Virus record (IMG/VR): IMGVR_UViG_2874956758_000005
From: a virus
Taxonomy: Duplodnaviria; Heunggongvirae; Uroviricota; Caudoviricetes
Direction: 5' to 3' (one strand)
DNA length: 40,694 bases
Shown here: positions 12,901 through 21,785 of the stretch, one piece after another
Numbering within the stretch: position 1 is the stretch's first letter
Layout of the letters: every line of letters starts with the position of its first letter
Position numbers and translations under genes: made by a program
Notes under the pieces: generated by a model
Told to the model about the DNA's origin: nothing
Seen by the model: the letters and a program-made list of their open reading frames with translations, nothing else
Databases searched by the model: none

Positions 12901-13179
12901 CCACTCATCGGCGAGAGAAATAAGATGACCGGTAGCAAAAGCCCCGGCAAATGCCCCCGCCATGTTCAGTGCCGAAGATTTAGCTGTATTTATCTGATCC
13001 GTCACTTCTGCCAGTGCACGCCGCATTTCACGGGATGCAGCAGCGGACTGTCGGCCTCCGTTCTGCATGGTACGGTAGTAATCCTGCCCCATACGCGAAG
13101 CCCGGGAGATCTCTGACTGGAATGACCGGGAATTTGCCGAGATTTTAATAATCAGTTCACGTAATGTCGCCACACTCAT
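9946..13179 (-). CDS. H: tail tape measure protein
   Basis: 1077-aa ORF, Ala/Gln-rich coiled-coil-type sequence, located after the G/T chaperone pair and before M/L. Confidence 0.9.
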   Translation of the reverse strand: MSVATLRELIIKISANSRSFQSEISRASRMGQDYYRTMQNGGRQSAAASREMRRALAEVTDQINTAKSSALNMAGAFAGAFATGHLISLADEWNSVNARLKQASQSSDDFQSSQRELMAISQRTGTAFSDNASLFARSAASMREYGYSSEEVLKVTEAISTGLKLSGASTAEASSVITQFSQALAQGVLRGEEFNSVNENGDRVIRALAAGMGVARKDLKAMADNGKLTADKVVPALISQLGALRDEYAAMPDTVSSSATKVENAFMAWVGGANEASGVTKTLSGVLNGIAGNIDTVATAAGALVAVGVARYFGNMASSAGSATAGLITAARNEVALAEAQLRGTQIATARARAAVYRAQQAVVAARGTERQAAAEAKLTAAQASLTRNIAARTAAQTTLNTVTSVGSRLLSGALGLVGGVPGLVMLGATAWYTMYQNQEQARESARQYAATIDEIRQKTSAMSLPEASDNEEKTRQALDEQNRLIDEQKSKIKSLQEKIAGYQYVLANSGWTTDNGFMINHMTSVKTVTEGLAEATNQLAVEQSRLTQMQGKAQSIQDVLAGLEERRVALIRQQAAEQNKAYQSLLIMNGQHTEFNRLLGLGNELLQQRQGLVNVPLRLPQATLDDKQQTALNNSERELALSRLKGEARERARLGYAADDLGFVGEAYQTARQNYINNSLDAWRNNQANKPKAHKKTEAEKTEDIYKRLIKQQKEQIALAGQNTELAKMKYQVSQGELSTLSEAQKKTLLQNAALIDQKKIREQLAAYESSLADSNASARASDEAQLLGYGEGSRMRERLQEMWSIRQAFEQKNNELLRQYQAGEIEEALWKQEKELNKKYLEERLSDQQNYYAKADALRNNWNAGLQEGLTNWADSATDYASQAADAVVSTMDGLVSNISDALAGNVVDWRNWGSSVLREVSKILMNAAIVNGLKSLSGAGGWLGTVGGWISGAVANAKGGVYTSANLSAYSNTIVDTPTYFAFAKGAGLMGEAGPEAIMPLTRAADGSLGVRAIGNVNGGGGFVYSPVYHISIQNQGSNGEIDARSARGLVDLIDSRVVSIMQSSRRDGGLYSA

Positions 13180-13219
13180 TCTCCGGACGAAAAAAAACCG
13201 CCGAAGCGGTTATGTTGAC

Positions 13220-13510
13220 TCACTGAGACACTATTAAAAGCGCGTTTTCCAGTCCAGCAAATGGATCTGATACGCCTTCTGTCTGCTCCTTCTCCCACTG
13301 AAGAAGCGCATCATTCAGTGGCACTTTGACCCCCTGCGCACCGTAAACAGCTGAAACAATCTGGGCAGCCCGGATATCAGCCCGTTCGTCCCCCAGCGGG
13401 CTGAACCTGTCAAATTCTGCCCACATCATGATTTCTGATGCGGACATTTCCCGGCGTAACTCTGACAATGTGCGCCCCATCCTGAGCGCCAGCATCATCA
13501 GAAAACGCAT
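13220..13510 (-). CDS. T: T segment of tail assembly chaperone G-T (expressed by -1 frameshift from G)
   Basis: ORF in the -1 frame relative to G, open from the slippery site to 13220; no independent RBS. Confidence 0.7.
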   Translation of the reverse strand: MRFLMMLALRMGRTLSELRREMSASEIMMWAEFDRFSPLGDERADIRAAQIVSAVYGAQGVKVPLNDALLQWEKEQTEGVSDPFAGLENALLIVSQ

Positions 13511-13521
13511 CCCCGGAAGCG

Positions 13522-13908
13522 CTACTTTTTTTTAACCTCGCCAGCATCACTGATCAGTTCCAGAGACTGCCGAAGAAGCCGCGCATGCACCGGGCCATAC
13601 ACGGCAATCACCTGTTCACGATCATCCACTGAAAATACAGGTTGCAGTCCGGTATCACACAGAACATCGATGAACAGTTCAACATCCGCTTCCAGATTTC
13701 GGCGGGCGCGCTCCGCAACGGATAACGGTGTCTCATCATCTTTTGCTTTAACGATCTCCTGCCAGCGCAACCAGGCTTCTGCAGAAGGTTCCCGTAATAC
13801 AACCGTTGCCCCTTCCCATTCAGGCACATCAACAGTTTTATGGCGAAACCCCGACATCGTTGCCAGTGCCAGATTACGGATATTTTTAGTCATCACATCT
13901 ATCCTCAT
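13522..13908 (-). CDS. G: tail assembly chaperone G
   Basis: 128-aa acidic ORF ending ...EVKKK at the slippery A-run, between major tail and tape measure genes. Confidence 0.8.
   Translation of the reverse strand: MRIDVMTKNIRNLALATMSGFRHKTVDVPEWEGATVVLREPSAEAWLRWQEIVKAKDDETPLSVAERARRNLEADVELFIDVLCDTGLQPVFSVDDREQVIAVYGPVHARLLRQSLELISDAGEVKKK
13525..13534 (-). promoter_or_regulatory. programmed -1 ribosomal frameshift slippery site (A-run ending AAG) at the end of G
   Basis: Minus strand reads GAG GTT AAA AAA AAG TAG; the -1 frame continues GTA GCG CTT CCG GGG ATG... into the T ORF. Confidence 0.7.
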
Positions 13909-14612
13909 TAACTGACGGTAACAGTGCAGGAAGTAGAGGTCACCTTGTTAACAGGACTTGCTGAATCAGAAATCTCGCAGGTATACGCACCGGCATCACC
14001 GGATGCTGCTGATGCCTTACTGAACGTTGCCGCCGTCTGTCCGGAAACAGGAGAACCACCTTTTTTCCAAGCATAAGAATAAGGCGGCACACCACCCGCA
14101 GCCTCAACCGCCATTTCAAGTTTCGCTCCGGAAGAAACCCGCAGCGTGCTTTTTAAATCGACCTTCACTTTCAGCGGCTCTGTCGTCAGCACAGGTTTAC
14201 CTTTCAGGCGCAGAGAAAACGTTGCAGCCACAACACCATTGGTTCCTGCAGACCAGGTATGCTGACGCACCTCTGCCATAAAGGTAAATCCGTTGCCTGA
14301 CGGAAAAATAACTTTAAAGCCATACGTGGTGTCATTGTCATAGGCACTGCGCAACGCGTTCTGGGCAGCATTCAGATAAAAGTTGCCTGACATGGAAATC
14401 TCTGAAGCAGCCCCAAGGCCGTTAATATTTTCCTGCTCAACAGAACACAGCGTGGTGACATCAATATCCTGCTTTTGTCCTGCGGTAAACTGCACCTCTT
14501 TGATTGTACAGCTCAGGCCAAGATAGCTGGCAGAATCCAGGGTTTCTGCTGTTACCGGTGCAGACGAAATCATAATTTTCGTCAGTTGCGAACGCTCAAA
14601 ATTAGAGGACAT
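13908..14612 (-). CDS. major tail protein with C-terminal Ig-like domain
   Basis: 234-aa ORF immediately upstream of the chaperone genes; C-terminal ~80 aa resembles a Big_2-type Ig domain (...PYSYAWKKGGSPVSG...YTCEISD...). Confidence 0.75.
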   Translation of the reverse strand: MSSNFERSQLTKIMISSAPVTAETLDSASYLGLSCTIKEVQFTAGQKQDIDVTTLCSVEQENINGLGAASEISMSGNFYLNAAQNALRSAYDNDTTYGFKVIFPSGNGFTFMAEVRQHTWSAGTNGVVAATFSLRLKGKPVLTTEPLKVKVDLKSTLRVSSGAKLEMAVEAAGGVPPYSYAWKKGGSPVSGQTAATFSKASAASGDAGAYTCEISDSASPVNKVTSTSCTVTVS

Positions 14613-14672
14613 ACTCGTCTCCTGAAAATAAAAAAACCCGCCAGCGGCGGGTGGGTAAAATCATTAATGACC

Positions 14673-15017
14673 TCAGGCTATTACCTGGAATTCAAGCGTG
14701 GCTCTGCTCAGACGGGAGTCAGGATCATAACCCTGCGCTTTAGAAATAACGGAGGGTGCCAGTTTTCTTACCGCATCAAGCGCCTGCTCACGAATATTAT
14801 CTGCGTCATCAGGTACTGTCGCCCAGACATCGATCTGCACGGTAATTCTGGATTCAGCCTGCCCATCAAGCACATCAGATGCCGTGTCAGACACCACAGA
14901 AAACACCAGCCACGGCGGAGATACCGCAGGCTTTCCCTCCGTCAGCGGGACCACATAAGGATAAACCTGTCCTCCGGCCAGCTGAGACAACAGGGAATAC
15001 AGTGTGCCCTCCCTCAT
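14673..15017 (-). CDS. tail completion / tail terminator-type protein (putative)
   Basis: 114-aa ORF between HK97 gp10-like gene and major tail gene; assignment by position and size. Confidence 0.5.
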   Translation of the reverse strand: MREGTLYSLLSQLAGGQVYPYVVPLTEGKPAVSPPWLVFSVVSDTASDVLDGQAESRITVQIDVWATVPDDADNIREQALDAVRKLAPSVISKAQGYDPDSRLSRATLEFQVIA

Positions 15018-15463
15018 TTACTTAAGACCTCATCAATAGCCTGATTCATTCGCTGTATGGCAACCTGCGCCGCCAGCTCCTCTGTCGTATCGAAAGCCGG
15101 GCGAATGAATGGATGCGCGGGCATGTTTATCGTTCCCAGCTCCACAAAGCGCCAGTAAAATGCATTTCGGGGATCGCTGGCTTTCATGCTGTTATCACTG
15201 TTTCCGGTTCGCAGGTTCCGTCCGCGAATGTGGACACCCGAGATAATTTCCCCCCGACGCTTTGAACGCTGAGTGAGAACAACCACATTTTTCTTCAGTT
15301 TCCCGGTTCGCTCCGGCGCACGTTCAACAACTGCATCCCGCATAACTTCAGCACCGGCACGGGTGGCATCGCGCAGAACCTTATTGTTTTCTGCCCTGCT
15401 GAGCGTCTCCAAATCCCGTGCAATATCCGCCAGGCCGGAAAAATCAAGACTGAAATCCATCAC
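15014..15463 (-). CDS. HK97 gp10-family neck/tail component
   Basis: 149-aa ORF; position and sequence character consistent with HK97 gp10-like proteins. Confidence 0.6.
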   Translation of the reverse strand: MMDFSLDFSGLADIARDLETLSRAENNKVLRDATRAGAEVMRDAVVERAPERTGKLKKNVVVLTQRSKRRGEIISGVHIRGRNLRTGNSDNSMKASDPRNAFYWRFVELGTINMPAHPFIRPAFDTTEELAAQVAIQRMNQAIDEVLSK

Positions 15464-15798
15464 ACATTCCCCTTCAGGCTGCAGAGTATTTCAAGCCGGG
15501 TAGCGCGTGCATCCGGTATTGGTGGACCTTCTATACCCAGAATGGCCCCTTTAAATGCACCGGTCAGCACTTTCAGACGTGAAGTCGCTGTCACATCGCG
15601 CCGGAATCTCATCCAGACTCTGACCGTAGCCTGAGCGGTTTCTGCTCCGCCTGAGATTATCTCCCTCCCGCTGATACCCTTAACTTCTGCCCATACGGTA
15701 GCTCCCTCCGTCACCGTCTCCACCGGATGCCCTGACGGAGAGCGGGCGGTGGTGACATTCAGAATAATTACGCGATCACGTAATCTGCCCGCCTGCAT
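15460..15798 (-). CDS. head closure / head-tail adaptor protein
   Basis: 112-aa ORF following the gp6-like connector gene, overlapping neighbours by 4 nt. Confidence 0.6.
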   Translation of the reverse strand: MQAGRLRDRVIILNVTTARSPSGHPVETVTEGATVWAEVKGISGREIISGGAETAQATVRVWMRFRRDVTATSRLKVLTGAFKGAILGIEGPPIPDARATRLEILCSLKGNV

Positions 15799-15806
15799 GT
15801 CTCCTC

Positions 15807-16124
15807 CTACAAAGGAATAAAACGATAAGGCTCCAGCAGAGAAGAAAAACCAAACGGGACTGGTGCCTTGCTGACATCTGAGGAATTTTCCCGGTTTTCG
15901 TACCAGTGCCCGACCAGCAACATGAGCGCCAGCAAAACATCATCAGCTATAAGCACCCCTTCAGGATCACCTTCCGGCACCGTCTCCTCATAAAGCTTAC
16001 GGTTGATAAAATTTTCTGCCTTGCGGCAGGCAGCCCGGAAATACAGCATCAGTAACTCATCATCAGTTGCATCATCTGTATCAATACGGCACTGCGCCCT
16101 GAGTTTTTCCACTATTGCTGCCAT
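15807..16124 (-). CDS. gp6-like head-tail connector protein
   Basis: Start chosen at ATG 16124 with AGGAG 6 nt upstream (MAAIVEKLRAQCRIDTDDATDDELL...); the track's longer ORF begins upstream of the terminator. Confidence 0.6.
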   Translation of the reverse strand: MAAIVEKLRAQCRIDTDDATDDELLMLYFRAACRKAENFINRKLYEETVPEGDPEGVLIADDVLLALMLLVGHWYENRENSSDVSKAPVPFGFSSLLEPYRFIPL

Positions 16125-16157
16125 CAGAAACTCCTGCCCGCAACACTGTGCGGGCAT

Positions 16158-16180
16158 AAAAAAACCGCGTCGGCGCGGTC
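16158..16180 (-). terminator. intrinsic terminator after major capsid gene (likely partial)
   Basis: Stem ACCGCG/CGCGGT with 4-nt loop, followed on the minus strand by T7. Confidence 0.5.
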
Positions 16181-16200
16181 TGTAACTGAACAACGAGTGG

Positions 16201-17418
16201 TTATTTGCCAGTGAGCGCCTTGATGGCTGCCACATCTTCCAGCACACAGTCAAAACGATGGAAAGCCAGAAATGCCACCTGATCAAACTCAGCATAACGC
16301 TCAACCAGACGTTTCAGTTCCATATAAGTAACGCGGCGAATGATAAAGCGGTTGAAATCCCCCAGGAAAATGAATTTTTTTCCGGTACCAATCCCGTCAA
16401 TAGCCTGATCAATAACATAAGGGATCCCCAGCACAGTAGCCGGCGTACCGCCTGCAATATCCGGCAGCCATAACGGGCGTTTCTGCCCATCCTCCATCTC
16501 TTCAATAGTCTGCAATGTGGCATCATTGAATGCCCAGCGGTATTTCGGCCCACCACGATATGCCGGATCAATGGCATGTTTCAGGGCATTCATTTCTTTC
16601 CAGGTGAAAGCGGCAGAGGCTGCAGTCTGGATGGTTCCCGTCACCGACGCTGCCAGCCCTTTTGGCTGTAACGGTGATCCCGTTCCGGTCCCCTGAACCA
16701 GATATTTTGCCTCTCCACGACCAATACGCTGGGCAATACGGTTTGCCAGATAAGATTCAATATCCACCCCACTGTCCTGGAGCAGCTCATTGGACACACG
16801 AATTATTTTTGATGACAGCTTTTTAGCCCCCAGAATAGCGGTCCCGAACGTCACATCCTGTTCCGTTGCGGCTGTATTTTCCGCCAGCAGTTCGCCCTCT
16901 TCAGTCGTGCCATCAGACGTTGACCAGGTGATATCCTGCCCGGTTGATGTGGTCAGAAGTTGCGCCACACTGGCAATCCCGCCATAAGCCTTCATGGTGT
17001 CAATGATTTTGTTACGCATCTGCGTGGGCACCGTATATCCGCCCTGAGAATCCGTTGTTACACTCTGAGCCCGCAGTTCACGCATCAGATTACGCTCTTC
17101 AGCATTCAGTTCTGCAAATCCGGCACGCAGAAAACGGTTAAATGCCGCAGCGCGCTTCTCTTCCACCGCCTTTTTCCCGTTCTCCGCCTCATTATTCTGG
17201 CGCTCTTCCGGCCCGGACTCATCCACATATGCCTGATCCTGACGGCGCAACTCTTCTTCACGGGCGATTTGCTCATCCAGCGCATCCAGCTCAGCTTTCG
17301 CCCTGTTCCACTCTGCCCGTTGCTCATCAGTCCATGCGTTATCACCAATTTTTTCATGCAGTGCACGCATATCCTTTGCAATGGTGTTTCGTTTTTGCTT
17401 CATCTCATGAAGTTTCAT
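16201..17418 (-). CDS. HK97-family major capsid protein
   Basis: 405-aa ORF with N-terminal coiled-coil delta domain and capsid body, directly after prohead protease. Confidence 0.9.
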   Translation of the reverse strand: MKLHEMKQKRNTIAKDMRALHEKIGDNAWTDEQRAEWNRAKAELDALDEQIAREEELRRQDQAYVDESGPEERQNNEAENGKKAVEEKRAAAFNRFLRAGFAELNAEERNLMRELRAQSVTTDSQGGYTVPTQMRNKIIDTMKAYGGIASVAQLLTTSTGQDITWSTSDGTTEEGELLAENTAATEQDVTFGTAILGAKKLSSKIIRVSNELLQDSGVDIESYLANRIAQRIGRGEAKYLVQGTGTGSPLQPKGLAASVTGTIQTAASAAFTWKEMNALKHAIDPAYRGGPKYRWAFNDATLQTIEEMEDGQKRPLWLPDIAGGTPATVLGIPYVIDQAIDGIGTGKKFIFLGDFNRFIIRRVTYMELKRLVERYAEFDQVAFLAFHRFDCVLEDVAAIKALTGK

Positions 17419-17432
17419 CGTCAGTAGTATCC

Positions 17433-18032
17433 TTATGCATTAAGAAGAGTCAAAAGACGCTCACGCGCCATTCGTTCGTTAACAGCTTTCTTCAGCGCAC
17501 CACTCGCCCGCGCTTCCTGCCAGGCTTTCATTGAGCGGACACCAGAGTCTGCGTCCTGATAGGCCGGATATGTCACCGGGCTGACGTCATACAGACGAGA
17601 AATGCGCGTGATTTCCCGGATAACAATCCCCTCGTCGTCTTCATACCAGCTCTCTCCGTCACGGGCGACACGAAACGCGAACGAGGACTGATTAATGTCA
17701 CCACGCAACATTGGAGACAGCACCAGGTCACAAATAGTCGGAGTATCCGGTGCAACAATGTCATAACGTAAACCGCGTTCATCCACCGACAATGACAACG
17801 TGCCGGCAGAACTTCGTCCGAGAATGAAATTAGGATCATGATTAAACAAGCCACGTACATCATCATTCAGTACATCATCAAAAGCCCCCGGCTTGATGAT
17901 TTCACGAAATCCCCACAGAGGTTCTGAACGACTGTTAAATACCGAGCCATACCCCAGAATGTGGGTCGGGGCATTATCATATTGTTCCGCCCGCACCTCC
18001 CCGCTGTAACAGCGCGTTTCACGGTCATTCAT
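17433..18032 (-). CDS. HK97-family prohead protease
   Basis: 199-aa ORF between portal and capsid genes. Confidence 0.85.
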   Translation of the reverse strand: MNDRETRCYSGEVRAEQYDNAPTHILGYGSVFNSRSEPLWGFREIIKPGAFDDVLNDDVRGLFNHDPNFILGRSSAGTLSLSVDERGLRYDIVAPDTPTICDLVLSPMLRGDINQSSFAFRVARDGESWYEDDEGIVIREITRISRLYDVSPVTYPAYQDADSGVRSMKAWQEARASGALKKAVNERMARERLLTLLNA

Positions 18033-19251
18033 CGTTCTTTTCCTCTTTGCCTTTCGTATCTTTAAAGTTATTCAACGGATTTGCTGCATTTACGCTGACC
18101 AGCATTTCATCCAGACCGTCAACCGGGTTCATATCCTCAAATGCCCTGGCTTCATTCCGACTCATCCAGCCATCTGTAATGGCAAAGTGATAGAACTGCG
18201 CACGCTCCTGTGGGGTCCCACGGAGCAACCCCGTGAGGTTGAAACGAACGTAATACCCGGCAGCCCGTTCTGTACGGGTAAACAGGCGACGGTTAAGCTC
18301 CTGCTCCCAGTTCGCAACCCAGGGCATCATCGTGTAGCGAACAAACTGAATCGCCTGCTGCGTAATATTCGAAAATGTGGCTTTTTCCAGGTCATTAATC
18401 ATGTGCGCCGGGACATTAAAAATCCCGGCAATCATCGACCGGTTCAGCTTGGTCATATCAATGATCTGAGCATCCACCGGAGAAACTGTCAGAGCGCGGT
18501 AATCCAGTTGCGCAGGCAGCAACATGGTTTTATTTTCCTGGCTGCGAAGCGCTGTCACCGCCCGCTGCCACATATTTTTAAGCCTGCCCCAGCTTTGTTC
18601 GTTCAGTTCATTTTTCACAGAAATAATACCGGCAGGACGGGCATTACCGTTAAAAAAGGCGCTGGTATACTGCTGGCCACTCATTCCCATACCAATGGTT
18701 TCAGCATGCTGCATGATCGGGCTCAGTCCCATTTTCTGATTGTTTCCCAGCGCCCTGATATGGATCATGTCGTCCGGACTTACCGCAAATGCACCCTCTT
18801 CGTTATACACCCCGTAAGTATGACGCCCACCGGTGTTAAGTAACGTGGTTTCCCATGGCATACAGCATTCAAGGCTGGTAACCTCTCCACGACGATTACG
18901 TTTTACCCACGTATAACCATTGCCCCACCCCAGCACATGACGCTGCTTCAGTTCCCGCCACTTATAGCTGGTCTGCCAGGCATTAGGTTCATCATGAACG
19001 AGCCAGAACAACGGATGATCGCGTGCCGGCTGAACATGCTCATTCGTTTTTCGCATCACATGCAGGGGCATCTGAGCCACACTGGATGAAATAACATAAA
19101 TACAGGCATAGACAGCAGCCAGCTTCATGGATGTTTCCGGACTGACATACACATCCCGGGCAAAAATATTATCCGTCTCAGCGGCCTCTCCGGTTACCGG
19201 AACCGAGGGATTTTCCAGAGGCTCACTGCGAAACAGAGCATCAAGAAGCAT
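18025..19251 (-). CDS. HK97-family portal protein
   Basis: 408-aa ORF after terminase large subunit; RBS AGGAGAAAAC before ATG. Confidence 0.9.
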   Translation of the reverse strand: MLLDALFRSEPLENPSVPVTGEAAETDNIFARDVYVSPETSMKLAAVYACIYVISSSVAQMPLHVMRKTNEHVQPARDHPLFWLVHDEPNAWQTSYKWRELKQRHVLGWGNGYTWVKRNRRGEVTSLECCMPWETTLLNTGGRHTYGVYNEEGAFAVSPDDMIHIRALGNNQKMGLSPIMQHAETIGMGMSGQQYTSAFFNGNARPAGIISVKNELNEQSWGRLKNMWQRAVTALRSQENKTMLLPAQLDYRALTVSPVDAQIIDMTKLNRSMIAGIFNVPAHMINDLEKATFSNITQQAIQFVRYTMMPWVANWEQELNRRLFTRTERAAGYYVRFNLTGLLRGTPQERAQFYHFAITDGWMSRNEARAFEDMNPVDGLDEMLVSVNAANPLNNFKDTKGKEEKNDE

Positions 19252-19381
19252 GTTTTCTCCTCATGGACACCACCAGTGCATAAAGCAGCAACAAACAGCC
19301 CGACAGCATCAGAGACGCTGGCAGACCTGCATACAGATAAACGCCAGCAGTGAGCAAACCGAAACCGATCAGCCCGGTCAT
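19241..19381 (-). CDS. small hydrophobic protein (46 aa, putative)
   Basis: Unannotated ATG ORF MTGLIGFGLLTAGVYLYAGLPASLMLSGCLLLLYALVVSMRRKHAS filling the 147-bp terminase-portal gap; weak RBS. Confidence 0.3.
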   Translation of the reverse strand: MTGLIGFGLLTAGVYLYAGLPASLMLSGCLLLLYALVVSMRRKHAS

Positions 19382-19398
19382 ATCAGTAATAAGCTGTT

Positions 19399-21156
19399 TC
19401 ACAGAATTAACAGGTCCTCATCAGGATCAAGCGTGGACAGAAAGTCATTCACGCCCCCGCCATTTACCAGAAAGCGGCTCATGGCCGTAAAAAGCGCAAC
19501 AGGGCCGTCGATTTTGGCTTCAGGCGTGGATTTATTCGGGAAGATGTTGTCGTTTTTGTCCGGTTTTACCGTAACGTTAGACATCATCCAGTTCATGACC
19601 GGATGATTGCTGTGATGGAAACGCCCGGCATAAACCAGTGATTCCGTTTCCTTCATGGCCTCTGACAGATTGCGGACCGTCTGCGGAACCTCCACCAGCG
19701 GTATCCCTTCTTCAGCCAGTGCCAGGCTGAACTGCATTGCGCTCCACGGGTCAAATCCCAGTTCCCTGAGGTTTTCACCGCCAATCCATTCCAGTAAGTC
19801 ACTTTTTATCTGAGCATGATCGATAACATCACCATCCGTCAGGATGAGCTTATCCATCTCCGCCCACTTCCGGTAAAGTTCTGCCTGCTGCCGCGAGCAT
19901 CGCTCCAGCCGTCCTTCCGGAAGCCAGAATTTAAAATCAGCATGAACATGTCCGTTATCGGTTCGCCAGAGTTTTGCCGCCGCACAGATATCAATCTTAT
20001 GAGCAAGGTCTACGCCGACCCACATGGGATATGTTTTCAGCTCATGTTGTGGAGCAATGTATTCGCACTTCTCCCACTTAATCATATCCATCCAGGCAGA
20101 TTCGGCAGTGACCCACACATTCATGTGTTTGGTAAAAAAATTCACCCGCGCAGAGACCTGCTCCTTCGCTTTTTTCGCCAGACGACGCAGATCATCCCAG
20201 CGTTTACAGATGCCCAGGCCAGGATTCGCTTTCTGCCAGACCGTTTCATCAAACGGATCATCTCCCTCATCGAGCGTGTAAATGATCGCAAAGTAGGAGT
20301 CGTCTTTTACCGCGCCCTCCACGTCGCTGTTATAGCCTCGCAATACCTTAATGGCGTAATCGCGCTGCTCGTAGCAAATCCCTTCCTTGTTAAAGCCAGC
20401 CGTGGTGATGCCAAATAACAGAGACTGCAGACGGGCACCGGTTGCCGTTTCCAGAACGTCCCACACGTCACGGGTTTTATGAGCATGCAGCTCATCAATA
20501 ATGGCGCAGTGGATGTTCAGACCGTCCAGGTTGTTTGCATCCGAGGAAAGCGGTTCAAATTTTGATGCGCTCTGCTCCTGGTAAATCGCCAGCTTGTTGA
20601 AATCAAACAACCGCCCGAGTGTCGACCGGGCTTTTCTGACCATATTTTTGGCGTCTTCAAACACAATTCTGGCCTGGTCACGCGTGGTTGCGGCTGAATA
20701 CACCTCAGCACCGCCTTCACCATCTGCCCCCGTCATATACAGACCGATACCCGATGACAGGGTTGATTTTGCGTTTTTACGGGCAACTTCGTTGTATGCT
20801 GTCCGGAACCGGCGCACCATCACCGGGCGTCCACTGCCATCGCTGCGCATGACAACTTCCCCGGTTTCTTCATTCACCAGCGGAATGACAAAACCAAAAA
20901 TATTAATGAGGATAAACACATGCCAGTCCATCAACTCAATGGGCTGACCTGCCAGCGCCCCTTTCACATGGGGTACAAATTTGTAGAAATTAAGGATGTG
21001 CTGTGCACGAGGTTCACTGAAATAAATCCCCCGCTCTTCGCCGTACTTCAGATCATCAAGAAAACGCTGGCAGGCCAGACGGACAAATTCGCCAGCAACA
21101 ATTTCTCCTGCAACAACACGTTCGGCGTAGCGGATCCCGTCACCCACTTTTGCCAT
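19399..21156 (-). CDS. terminase large subunit
   Basis: 585-aa ORF with Walker A-like ARKNAKS segment, after small subunit. Confidence 0.9.
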   Translation of the reverse strand: MAKVGDGIRYAERVVAGEIVAGEFVRLACQRFLDDLKYGEERGIYFSEPRAQHILNFYKFVPHVKGALAGQPIELMDWHVFILINIFGFVIPLVNEETGEVVMRSDGSGRPVMVRRFRTAYNEVARKNAKSTLSSGIGLYMTGADGEGGAEVYSAATTRDQARIVFEDAKNMVRKARSTLGRLFDFNKLAIYQEQSASKFEPLSSDANNLDGLNIHCAIIDELHAHKTRDVWDVLETATGARLQSLLFGITTAGFNKEGICYEQRDYAIKVLRGYNSDVEGAVKDDSYFAIIYTLDEGDDPFDETVWQKANPGLGICKRWDDLRRLAKKAKEQVSARVNFFTKHMNVWVTAESAWMDMIKWEKCEYIAPQHELKTYPMWVGVDLAHKIDICAAAKLWRTDNGHVHADFKFWLPEGRLERCSRQQAELYRKWAEMDKLILTDGDVIDHAQIKSDLLEWIGGENLRELGFDPWSAMQFSLALAEEGIPLVEVPQTVRNLSEAMKETESLVYAGRFHHSNHPVMNWMMSNVTVKPDKNDNIFPNKSTPEAKIDGPVALFTAMSRFLVNGGGVNDFLSTLDPDEDLLIL

Positions 21157-21638
21157 CAGTCTCTCGCTTTTAAAAGCTCTGCCAGCGGATCAACATCATC
21201 CGGTCCGGCGGTATTTACTTTCGCCCGGCTTGCCGGTGACATACCAAACTCTGCAAGCATCGCCCGAATCCGCTTCCAGGCATCAGCCTTCATCGCAGCA
21301 GCCGGGTGTGCCTTGATCAGCACATCGCCATTCTGCGTTTCCGTGCGGTAGGTATAACCCTCAACATCGAGTATTTCGCAGTGATGCCGGTATTCGGTGT
21401 AGGCTTCCACCAGTAACTCGAGCGCACGTGCATCGAGCTGAGAAATGATCCCTTCCGCATTCAGCTCTTCCGCCATTCGCCTGAACCAGTACTTCCCCTG
21501 CGCCCCTAAATGTTGCGGAATTTTAGGGAGACCTTTTTCATCCTTTTTAGCGGTTTTTTTGGAGTCTTTAACTGGCCGCTTAGAGGGGTTACCTCGTATC
21601 AAATGCAGGCGTGGCGGGGTTTTCGGGGGTCCAGACAT
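21156..21638 (-). CDS. terminase small subunit (P27-type)
   Basis: 160-aa basic ORF MSGPPKTPPRLHLIRGNPSKRP... immediately upstream of large subunit. Confidence 0.8.
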   Translation of the reverse strand: MSGPPKTPPRLHLIRGNPSKRPVKDSKKTAKKDEKGLPKIPQHLGAQGKYWFRRMAEELNAEGIISQLDARALELLVEAYTEYRHHCEILDVEGYTYRTETQNGDVLIKAHPAAAMKADAWKRIRAMLAEFGMSPASRAKVNTAGPDDVDPLAELLKARD

Positions 21639-21785
21639 AATCGGTTTTACCTATCAATCATTTAATCACATTCCAAAAAAAAGTTTTCGAACCTGCGGCG
21701 ATGCGAGGAAAGGTCAGGCGGCGGTACTGAGCAGCCAGGGTTGCAGAGATTTGACCTGCCCCTCCCCTACAGATGGGAACTGTTA
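21639..21785. other. candidate cos / packaging-initiation region
   Basis: 147-bp non-coding gap between HNH endonuclease and terminase genes containing GC-rich AGGCGGCGG core; position is typical for cos. Confidence 0.3.
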
